Of a stretch of DNA of 64,000 nucleotides, positions 48,555-56,947 are shown piece after piece. Source of the DNA: an uncultured virus (IMG/VR IMGVR_UViG_3300010885_009424) (lineage: Duplodnaviria > Heunggongvirae > Uroviricota > Caudoviricetes). Made by a program: the position numbers and the translations under genes. The DNA lies in IMG/VR virus record IMGVR_UViG_3300010885_009424; one strand, given 5' to 3'. Positions within the stretch are counted from its first letter, which is position 1. Each line of letters starts with the position of its first letter. The notes under the pieces were generated by a model. It did not search any database. It was not told the origin of the DNA and saw nothing but the letters and a program-made list of their open reading frames with translations.

Positions 48555-51500
48555 ATGGCATATAGCGCAATCCCGATCTTCCCCTCCGACAGCAGCGCCG
48601 TAAGGGGCAGTAGGATAATGAAGACATGGACGGTGCCGCTTGGGCATCCGTTCTTGGTCGGTCATGCCGTGACCTACTCGGGAGGCGGGACGGGCTTCGC
48701 TCTCGGGAAGGCAGACAGCCTCGCATCAACACAGACGGTCGGGATCGTCGAGGAGCGAAGTGATCAATCCATCACGGTCGTTTATCAGGGCGATACCAAC
48801 TTCTCGGGTTCAGTCCTCAGCATCGATGATGGAAATGTCGGTCTGACGGCGGGAACGGTCTACTACCTGTCCCCCAACAACTCGGGATACTTGACATCTG
48901 TTCGTCCCTCTGACGGTCTGTCCTTAGTGCAGCCTGTCATGGTTGCCACGGATACCAAGAAGGGCATCGTGATCAACTCGCTCTCACAGGCGAGTTCGTC
49001 TGCATCCGTGTTCAGCCCCGTGGGCACGATGCTTCCGTGGATGGGCGGCAAGTCCACCGTCCCCACGACATGGCGCATCTGTGACGGAGAGGCGGTTCGC
49101 AAGACCGCCGCCAATCCCTCCGACAATGCCAACTATTCCACCCTGTACGGCATCATCGGTGACAAGTACAGGGTGACGGGAATCGCCTCATCGACCACGG
49201 GACCGAGCGGCAACGCCTACCGTGACCTCATCATCTCGTTCTCAAGCGAGGGTCACGAGGACTACACGCCGACATCGGCGCATGGACTTGTGAGTGCGTA
49301 TTCGAGCGACACCTACAAGGACTACAAGATCGGTTGGGGTGGAACGAACGACTATGCGGTGGCAAGCCTCACCGCAGCGTCCGCTGGTTCGGTCAGGTTC
49401 CAATTCCGCTCGGCGTATACTGGCACCTCGGTGGTCAACTTCCTCGGTGCGGCACCGAGCAGCATTGTCACGGTTCAATCGCTCTCCACAGGAGAAGTGT
49501 CGGGCTATACCTCGCAGCGTTTCTTCATCCCCGACATGCGTGGTCGCAGCGTGTTCGGCGTGGGGTACTCTTCGGGTCTTTCGGAACTCAACCGTGGTCA
49601 GGTCGGGGGCGACGACACGCATCTTCTCACCACCGACGAGATTCCCGACCACAACAACAAGTACTACGCCTCGCAGTCGGTCGGTAGCGGCGGTGGGGGA
49701 ACCCGAACCACGATTGATGCGGGCACCCGAAGCACCGACAACTTCAGCACCCTTGATGCGGCGTACACCGCCGACAATGTGGCGATCAGCCTCATGCCGC
49801 CGTATGTTGCGGCGAATTGGATCATCCGCCACCGACAGTTCGAGGGAGTTGGCATCGAAGTCGGTCCACAGGGAGCGCAAGGTACAACGGGCAGCGGTGC
49901 AACGGGTGTCATGGGATCGACGGGTGCCACGGGTCGTAGCGTTCAGAACTTTGGTCTGTCGGGCAATCACCTCGTGGGCGAGTACATCTTCGCCAACGGA
50001 ACCACGCAGGGCTTCATCGTGGGCATCGTCGTCGGAGGCACGGGCGGCAGTGGCAGCAATGGAGCCACGGGACCAACGGGACCGAAGCCCACGATCATCT
50101 TCAGCGGTCAGCCGACGATGGATCGGGTGTACTTCGCAGCCGCATCCAACTTCAAGGATGGCATCCTAGGGAACGAATCGGCGGGAATCCTCCCACCGTA
50201 CAACCTGTCAACGGATGTGCTGTTTCCCACGGACTTCACCTACGGAATGTCGGTGCTGAGTGCCACGGGAATCGCACCCGAGGCGAAGGGTGCCTTCTAC
50301 TTCCGTGATCCCGCCAACATCCCGAACGAGTATACCTACACCTACGGATCGACCGAGGCGAAGCCGAGCAATCCCAACGAGCCGATCACCCGTGACGGGG
50401 TGAACAACCTCTCCATCATCAACAACGGTGCGGAGGCTTTGGGAACCCCGCTTGCGATCATACTGACACCAGGCGTGTACACCATGGACAAGCCATGGTT
50501 CAACCACATCTCCCGTGATCTCTACATCGGTGCGAAAAACAACACGGTCGTGACGCAGACGGTCAAGGGAGTCACGATCCTTCCGTCCTACCTCTCCACG
50601 GGTGCGACGAGCGTCAGCGGCTTCGCCATGAGGTTCGACATCGGCACGGGTCAATCCGTGGTTGCCGCCACGGGATCGGCGGTCGTGGTCAAGCCACCCT
50701 TCACCATCATCAACGGGCTGACGGGTAACTTTGGTCTTTCGGCATCCATCGACGGGATGACTGCGGGTGTGGCGGGATTCTTCAACCGTATTGCAGGTGC
50801 GTATGTGGTGAGGGGTGTCAGCGGCAGCACGATGACCGTGGATGTCCGCAACGAGGGAGGTCTGACTTGGACTGCCTACCTCAACAATACCTATACAAAT
50901 TATCTCCAAACCCTTGATGTCTACCGTGTGACCGTCCATACGACTTCTCAGGGAGGTGCGCTCTTCACAGACCGCACCTCCCGCACATTCGTCGGGGATT
51001 GGTCGATCCTTGGAACCGACATGGACGGCATCGCCCTTGTGAATGATGCGGGTGCCACGATCCTCAGCGATCCGAGCCTCTCGGGAACGAATCCGAACGG
51101 GTATTGGAGCAACGCCACCGCCATCCAGACGGACGGGGGCATCGTCCGTGCGAAGGGTTGTGCCATCATCGGTTACCCCGTGGCGGCTCACGCCTACAAC
51201 GGCGGTTCGATCACCGTTGGGCATTGTGCAATCAGCAATTCCTACTACGGGTTCGCCATCGACAGCGGTGCGAATGGCAGGGTCGAGGGCACCGTCATCT
51301 CGCACACGGCGATTCCCGTCATTGCCGAGAACGCCACCAACCTGACGATGACTCACGATCTCGTGAATGGCGGAAAGACCGCCTTGGTCGGAAACAAGGG
51401 TTCGATTTGCGTCATCAACTCCAACCTTGAGGTCGGCAGCACCAACATCATCGGTGCGGGCATCTTTGCGGAAAATTCAAATGTCAAGGTTCGTCCATTC

Positions 51501-51818
51501 ACCCGCATCCTCTCGACTCTCGACATGGGCAAGGGTGGTTTGCAGGAAGGTGTCGTCGATGCAGTCCTCTCGAACAGGTTCGCCATATTGGGCATCAACT
51601 CCAATGTGAGCAGTCCCGATATGTACGGCGTACCTAGCCTCACCGCCACCGATCCCGTCACCAACATCAGGACGACCAAGTTCGTGGGTCAAGGGACTAT
51701 TCAAGGCATCAACAGCAAGATCATCGTCACATACGACAGGACGGCGTTCACCCCAATCGTGGACACCACACTAGGCGATGCCATCAAGGGGAACAACACG
51801 GCGATTCCGATTCAGTAA
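48555..51818 (+). CDS. Second tail fibre: collar domain, collagen-like G-x-T run, C-terminal beta-helix
   Basis: PVG.M.PW, W..CDG, F.IPDMRGR, MPPY...NWIIR, GATGVMGSTGATG, GATGPTGP; CTAAATA at 48517. Confidence 0.78.
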   Translation: MAYSAIPIFPSDSSAVRGSRIMKTWTVPLGHPFLVGHAVTYSGGGTGFALGKADSLASTQTVGIVEERSDQSITVVYQGDTNFSGSVLSIDDGNVGLTAGTVYYLSPNNSGYLTSVRPSDGLSLVQPVMVATDTKKGIVINSLSQASSSASVFSPVGTMLPWMGGKSTVPTTWRICDGEAVRKTAANPSDNANYSTLYGIIGDKYRVTGIASSTTGPSGNAYRDLIISFSSEGHEDYTPTSAHGLVSAYSSDTYKDYKIGWGGTNDYAVASLTAASAGSVRFQFRSAYTGTSVVNFLGAAPSSIVTVQSLSTGEVSGYTSQRFFIPDMRGRSVFGVGYSSGLSELNRGQVGGDDTHLLTTDEIPDHNNKYYASQSVGSGGGGTRTTIDAGTRSTDNFSTLDAAYTADNVAISLMPPYVAANWIIRHRQFEGVGIEVGPQGAQGTTGSGATGVMGSTGATGRSVQNFGLSGNHLVGEYIFANGTTQGFIVGIVVGGTGGSGSNGATGPTGPKPTIIFSGQPTMDRVYFAAASNFKDGILGNESAGILPPYNLSTDVLFPTDFTYGMSVLSATGIAPEAKGAFYFRDPANIPNEYTYTYGSTEAKPSNPNEPITRDGVNNLSIINNGAEALGTPLAIILTPGVYTMDKPWFNHISRDLYIGAKNNTVVTQTVKGVTILPSYLSTGATSVSGFAMRFDIGTGQSVVAATGSAVVVKPPFTIINGLTGNFGLSASIDGMTAGVAGFFNRIAGAYVVRGVSGSTMTVDVRNEGGLTWTAYLNNTYTNYLQTLDVYRVTVHTTSQGGALFTDRTSRTFVGDWSILGTDMDGIALVNDAGATILSDPSLSGTNPNGYWSNATAIQTDGGIVRAKGCAIIGYPVAAHAYNGGSITVGHCAISNSYYGFAIDSGANGRVEGTVISHTAIPVIAENATNLTMTHDLVNGGKTALVGNKGSICVINSNLEVGSTNIIGAGIFAENSNVKVRPFTRILSTLDMGKGGLQEGVVDAVLSNRFAILGINSNVSSPDMYGVPSLTATDPVTNIRTTKFVGQGTIQGINSKIIVTYDRTAFTPIVDTTLGDAIKGNNTAIPIQ

Positions 51819-52240
51819 TGTTCAAGCACTACGGGGACAGCATCTACCTCGACGGGTTGGAGATTCCCCTCTCCACCTTCATGTGGCTTGAGCCTTCGTA
51901 CCAATACCCGAGCGACCTCGTGGTCATGTTCTACGACGGCAAGATGCGGAACTTCAGGACAAAGCACCGCTCTTGGACGATCAACGAGACTTGGGCGGAA
52001 GGCGACCGCTACCTGTCGAGGATCGCAGAGTTCTCCCGACTTCTTGATGCCGAGAGGGTGGAGGACATCGCAGTAGCGGCGGCGGTGGAGAAAGCAAAGT
52101 CCGAGGCTAAATACCCCATGAAGGGGGAAAAGCCGAATGTCGAGTTGCACAAGCGGAGTGATCTCAACGAGGGCGGAACTGAGGGAGTACGCCCTAAGGG
52201 GAAACGGTCATCCTGTAGTCGAGATAAACATAGCGGATGA
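51818..52240 (+). CDS. Hypothetical protein
   Basis: TAATG coupling; 3' end overlaps gp13. Confidence 0.55.
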   Translation: MFKHYGDSIYLDGLEIPLSTFMWLEPSYQYPSDLVVMFYDGKMRNFRTKHRSWTINETWAEGDRYLSRIAEFSRLLDAERVEDIAVAAAVEKAKSEAKYPMKGEKPNVELHKRSDLNEGGTEGVRPKGKRSSCSRDKHSG

Positions 52241-52991
52241 GCAACTTGAGGACCGCATCAACGATGCCCTCCAGTTCTTCTCGGAGTATCACTTCGACGG
52301 CGTTGAGAAGGTCTACCTGAAGTACAAGTTGTCACAGACCGACATCAACAACGGGTACATCTCGTTCATGGCGGACAATACGGTGGCGCAGAACGCCGAT
52401 GGGTCGGGCTTTCAAGATGCCGAGGCTATTCAGACGAGCGTCGATCCCGACTGCCCCGAGAATGTCCTGCTTCAGAACCTCATCGTCAGCGTCACCCGAA
52501 TCTTCCCGTTCACGCAGCAGACGGCGGGAATGTTCGATATCCGCTACCAGTACGCCCTGAACGACCTCTACACCTTCGGCACCATCGATCTCGTTCAGTA
52601 CGACCTGACTCAGCAGTACCTTCAGTTGCTCCGACAGTTCCTCTCCCCCGACAAGAGCATCCGCTTCAACAGGGTCGCCAACAGGCTGTACCTCGACAGC
52701 GACAAGAGGCAGATGAATGCAGGGATGTACCTCATCATCGAAGCCTACCGCATCCTTGACCCGAGGGTGTATCCCGAGGTGTACAACGACCGTCTGCTCA
52801 AGAAGTACTGCGTTGCCCTTGTCAGGTGGCAATGGGGCGTGAACCTGTCCAAGTACAGCGGGATCAAGTTGCCTGGAGACATCATGCTCGACGGACAGTC
52901 GATGATGAAGGACTCATGGCAGCATAAGGAAGAGATCGAAAAAGAGATCATCCTCAAGGGCGAGTTGCCCGTTGACTTCATCATGGGCTGA
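52137..52991 (+). CDS. 13: gp13 neck protein
   Basis: R.EL.EY.LR..G.PV.EIN...EQ..DRI..ALQ.F..YHFDG, QWG.NLSKY.G..LPG. Confidence 0.92.
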   Translation: MSSCTSGVISTRAELREYALRGNGHPVVEINIADEQLEDRINDALQFFSEYHFDGVEKVYLKYKLSQTDINNGYISFMADNTVAQNADGSGFQDAEAIQTSVDPDCPENVLLQNLIVSVTRIFPFTQQTAGMFDIRYQYALNDLYTFGTIDLVQYDLTQQYLQLLRQFLSPDKSIRFNRVANRLYLDSDKRQMNAGMYLIIEAYRILDPRVYPEVYNDRLLKKYCVALVRWQWGVNLSKYSGIKLPGDIMLDGQSMMKDSWQHKEEIEKEIILKGELPVDFIMG

Positions 52992-52999
52992 AAGGAAAC

Positions 53000-53893
53000 A
53001 TGGCTCTCAACCCGTACATAAGGGTCAACAGCAAGACCTACATCCCCGAGCAGAACCTCGTCGAGGAACTGACCGTCGAGGCAATCAAGATCTACGGACA
53101 CGAGATGTACTACATCCCGAGGAGCATGGTCACCAAAGACGATCTCTTCGGGGAGTCGAGGTACTCACGCTTCACCGCATTCAAGATGATTGAGATGTAT
53201 ATGGACACGACGACCGCATTCGAGGGCGGCGACATGTTCACCAAGTTCGGATTCGAGATCAGGGACAGCGTGAAGTTCAGCGTGTCCAAGAAGCGTTTCA
53301 AGAGGGAGACGGGGATGGCTCGTCCCCTTGAGGGAGACCTCCTCTACCTGCCGATCAGCAAGGGTCTGTTCGAGGTCAAGTTCGTGGAGCATGAGAACCC
53401 CTTCTATCAGGTGGGGAAGTTGTTCTCCTACCAACTCACCTGCGAACTGTTTCAGTATTCGGAAGAGGACTTCAACACGGGGATTCCCGAACTCGACGCA
53501 GTCAACGATGAGGCGGGATACAAGATTAACCTCGATTTGGGAGGCATCTATGGAGGAGGATCTTTTGCAAAGGGCGACCTCGTATATCAACACGAAGATG
53601 GATCTCCTACAGGAGGAACTGCGAGCGCATCTGCGAGGGCGGTGGTCCAATCGTATGACGCTTACGCAGATCCAAACAGAATATCTCTATCCGATGTTGT
53701 TGGTACTTGGTACGAAGCACTCGACCAAGGAGGGACCGCCTACATAGCGAAGGGCGACAACACCGCCTACGCCCCGATCACGAGCAGGGACGACACCATG
53801 GGGATCTTGGACGAGGCGAAGAACGATCAGATCCAGTCCGAGGCGGACACCGTCTTCAACTTCGACGAGACCAATCCATTCGGAGACCCCTGA
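53000..53893 (+). CDS. 14: gp14 neck protein
   Basis: EQNL.E.L..E.IK.YG...YY.PR, KFG.EI.D, RP.EGDL.Y.P, FE.KFVEHE.PFYQ.GK, F.E.NPFG. Confidence 0.93.
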   Translation: MALNPYIRVNSKTYIPEQNLVEELTVEAIKIYGHEMYYIPRSMVTKDDLFGESRYSRFTAFKMIEMYMDTTTAFEGGDMFTKFGFEIRDSVKFSVSKKRFKRETGMARPLEGDLLYLPISKGLFEVKFVEHENPFYQVGKLFSYQLTCELFQYSEEDFNTGIPELDAVNDEAGYKINLDLGGIYGGGSFAKGDLVYQHEDGSPTGGTASASARAVVQSYDAYADPNRISLSDVVGTWYEALDQGGTAYIAKGDNTAYAPITSRDDTMGILDEAKNDQIQSEADTVFNFDETNPFGDP

Positions 53894-53896
53894 TCC

Positions 53897-54742
53897 ATGC
53901 TTGAGTACTACTACCACGGCACGATCAGGAAGGTCGTGGTTGGCTTCGCAAGCCTGTTCAATGACATCCATGTCTCCCGAAAGAACGCAAGCGGCGAGGA
54001 GATAGAGCGGATCCGTGTGCCAATCGCATATGGACCGCAGCAGAAGTTCATTCGCAGGCTCGACAGGATCGGGGGAGACTTCGATCAGGAGGCGGTCAGG
54101 CTTGAGACATACCTCCCGAGGATCGGGTTCGAGATCAGCACCCTACAGTACGACTCGTCCCGAAAACTGAACAGCATTCAGAAGACCGTGGCGTACAACG
54201 CCTCCGACAGGGGTTCCCTCAAGAACAGGTTCGAGCGTGTTCCGTACAACCTCAACCTCAACCTGAGCGTGATGACCAAGACGATGGATGACTGCCTACA
54301 GATTGTGGAGCAGATCGTCCCCTACTTTACCCCCGAGTATGTCTTCACCATTAGGGCGATAGACGGGATGGACACGGATGTCGATATCCCAATCGTCCTG
54401 TCGTCCGTAGCCATGACCGAGGGGGAAGATGGATCCTACGGAGACTACTCGACGAGGAAGATCAACTTCGCCCTCTTTGGGTTTGCGGCGAAGTTGTACC
54501 TCTACGGACCCGTCAGGAACACGACGGTCATCCTCCGTGCGGATGCAAACATCTTTGATACGGACGACTTCGGAGCGAACACGGCGAACATAAAGAAATA
54601 CGCCGATGTCGGCGTGTCGGCGGCTGCGGGCATCACCGCAGGTGGATACGCACCATCCCTGACTGCGGGATGGACAGGTGCGGGTGCAACCCATGCCGAG
54701 GTATTCATCCGTGAGTATCCGCCCACTCCATGGGGAACATGA
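53897..54742 (+). CDS. 15: gp15 tail sheath stabiliser / terminator
   Basis: YH.TIRK.V..F..LFN.I, VPIAYGP..KF, LPR..FE, YD..RKL, QI.EQI.PYF.P. Confidence 0.93.
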   Translation: MLEYYYHGTIRKVVVGFASLFNDIHVSRKNASGEEIERIRVPIAYGPQQKFIRRLDRIGGDFDQEAVRLETYLPRIGFEISTLQYDSSRKLNSIQKTVAYNASDRGSLKNRFERVPYNLNLNLSVMTKTMDDCLQIVEQIVPYFTPEYVFTIRAIDGMDTDVDIPIVLSSVAMTEGEDGSYGDYSTRKINFALFGFAAKLYLYGPVRNTTVILRADANIFDTDDFGANTANIKKYADVGVSAAAGITAGGYAPSLTAGWTGAGATHAEVFIREYPPTPWGT

Positions 54743-55221
54743 TGACGGGAGCAATTGTGAGCGACATCGACATGAACATAGCGAGGAGCCTCGGGGTGGA
54801 TCCCTCTCCCGAGGGGGAAATCGTTCCCGTGGCGAAAGCCGAGGGCACGGCGCATGAAGACACGGCATACGACTCGAAGGACGCTGACAAGGATTATGCC
54901 GATGTCCGTGTCAACCTGAAGTGCCTCATAGAGAAGTCACAGGAGGCGATAGAGGGAATCGTCGAACTCGCCCGTGACAGCCAGCAGCCTCGTGCCTACG
55001 AGGTCGTGGCGCAGTTGGTGCAGTCGAGCCTTGAGGCGAACACGAAACTCATGGATCTCCACCGCAGGATGAAGGACATCAAGCGGCAGGAGGTCACGCA
55101 GAAGACCACAAATGTGACCAACAACTCCATCTATGTCGGCAGCACCGCTGAACTACAGAAGATGATCAGGGCGCAGCGGAAGGTTATCGACTTGGGCGAG
55201 GAGCCGACCATTGAGGGCTGA
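54739..55221 (+). CDS. 16: gp16 terminase small subunit
   Basis: DY...R.NL..LI, A..S..PRAYEV, TNN...VGST.ELQK. Confidence 0.92.
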   Translation: MMTGAIVSDIDMNIARSLGVDPSPEGEIVPVAKAEGTAHEDTAYDSKDADKDYADVRVNLKCLIEKSQEAIEGIVELARDSQQPRAYEVVAQLVQSSLEANTKLMDLHRRMKDIKRQEVTQKTTNVTNNSIYVGSTAELQKMIRAQRKVIDLGEEPTIEG

Positions 55222-56887
55222 CCACGAGACATACATGGGAAACCCTCTGCTCAAGGGGGAGTATGTACAGCAGGAGTTCAGCAAGGAGCAACTTGAGGAG
55301 TACCTCAAGTGTTCCGAAGACCCCGTCCACTTCATTGAGAACTATGTCAAGGTCATAACCATCGACCACGGCATCGTGCCGTTCAAGATGTACGATTGGC
55401 AGAGGGACATTGTCAGGTCGGTGTTCGACAATCGATTCGTCATCTGCAAGATCCCCCGACAGAGCGGCAAGACTACCACCCTCATCTCATGCATCCTGCA
55501 CCTCGTCCTGTTCAATGCCGACTATAAGGCGGCGATCCTCGCCAACAAGTTGAAGACGGCGACCGACATCATGGACAGGGTCAAGATCGCCTACGAGAAC
55601 CTCCCGAAGTGGCTCCAACAGGGTGTCCGTGAGTGGAACAAGACCTCGGTCACCCTTGAGAACGGCTCCAAGATCGTCAGTTCGTCCACCTCGTCCTCCG
55701 CCGTCCGTGGCTCGGCGTACAACTTCCTCCTCTTGGACGAGTTCGCCTTCGTTCCCGATCAGATCGCCGAGCAGTTCTTCGCCTCGGTCTACCCGACGAT
55801 CACATCGGGCAATACCTCCAAGACGGTCATCGTCTCGACTCCGAACGGTCTGAACCTGTTCTACAAGATGTGGCAGAACGCCAAGAACGGCAAGTCGGAC
55901 TTCAAGCCCGTGGAGGCGCATTGGTGGCAGGTGCCAAGCCGTGACGAAAGGTTCAAGGAAACCACGATCAGGAACACCTCCGAGCGTCAATGGATGTCGG
56001 AGTACGAGTGTGAGTTCCTCGGATCGCAGGAAACCCTGATCAAGGCATCCAAGATCGCCGCCTTGGCGTTCGCCACCCCGATCCTTGAGTCCGAGGACGG
56101 TCTTGCCATCTACGAGAACCCGATCAAGGGTCACATCTACACGACCTGCGTGGACACTTCCCGATCCATCGGACAGGACTACAACGCTTTGACGATCTTG
56201 GATGTGACCGCCATTCCCTACAAGGTGGTCGGCAAGTTCCGCTCGAACACCATCCCCGTTCCAATTTTCCCCGAGATGATCAAGGCTGTAGCCACGAAAT
56301 ACAACGAGGCTTATGTCTTGATCGAAATCAACGACACGGGTCAGCAGGTCTCGGACATCCTCAAGGACGAACTTGAGTACGAGAATGTCATCACGATTTC
56401 CATCAAGGGTAAGAAGGGTCAGAGGGTCGGCGAGGGCTTCGGTGGGGGCAGGATCCACGGTGGCGTGAAGATGTCGGCGCAGGTCAAGAAAATCGGGTGC
56501 CTGATCCTGAAGGAGATGCTCGAATCGGACAAGTTGATCGTCAACGACTTTGACATCATCGCTGAAATCTCCACCTACATCCTCAAGGCGGGTTCCTACG
56601 AGGCGAGCGAGGGCTACAACGACGACCTGATCGCCACCTTGGTCATGTTCGGGTGGCTGACCACACAGGACTACTTCAAGGACTTGGTCAACCTAGATGT
56701 CCGCAAGAGGCTCTTTGACGAGAAACTTCGGAAGTTGGAGGAGGATCTCGTGCCGTTCGGCTTCATGGACATAGGCGAGGGCGAGTTGGAGGAGGCGACG
56801 AGGATGCTTGCGGCGGAACCCGAACTCAAGCCCAAGGCACGGAAGCGGGACAGGTCTTGGATGGACGATGCCGACGAGATCCTCTGA
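55211..56887 (+). CDS. 17: gp17 terminase large subunit
   Basis: Y.GNPLLK, PRQSGKTT, LDEFAFV, STPNG.N.FY, DD.I..L..FGW. Confidence 0.97.
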   Translation: MRADHETYMGNPLLKGEYVQQEFSKEQLEEYLKCSEDPVHFIENYVKVITIDHGIVPFKMYDWQRDIVRSVFDNRFVICKIPRQSGKTTTLISCILHLVLFNADYKAAILANKLKTATDIMDRVKIAYENLPKWLQQGVREWNKTSVTLENGSKIVSSSTSSSAVRGSAYNFLLLDEFAFVPDQIAEQFFASVYPTITSGNTSKTVIVSTPNGLNLFYKMWQNAKNGKSDFKPVEAHWWQVPSRDERFKETTIRNTSERQWMSEYECEFLGSQETLIKASKIAALAFATPILESEDGLAIYENPIKGHIYTTCVDTSRSIGQDYNALTILDVTAIPYKVVGKFRSNTIPVPIFPEMIKAVATKYNEAYVLIEINDTGQQVSDILKDELEYENVITISIKGKKGQRVGEGFGGGRIHGGVKMSAQVKKIGCLILKEMLESDKLIVNDFDIIAEISTYILKAGSYEASEGYNDDLIATLVMFGWLTTQDYFKDLVNLDVRKRLFDEKLRKLEEDLVPFGFMDIGEGELEEATRMLAAEPELKPKARKRDRSWMDDADEIL

Positions 56888-56908
56888 TCGGTTGAAATCC
56901 GCTAGAGG

Positions 56909-56915
56909 CTAAATA
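56909..56915 (+). promoter_or_regulatory. Late promoter CTAAATA for gp18
   Basis: Upstream of SD AAGGAG and ATG 56948. Confidence 0.7.
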
Positions 56916-56947
56916 CCCCCCGTACAACCTTCAAGGAGATAGAAGAA

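Noticed and set aside
3971..56887. Introns or inteins in nrdJ, uvsW, gp46, gp17
   Set aside because: Uninterrupted ORFs of normal length with no intein or homing endonuclease motifs.
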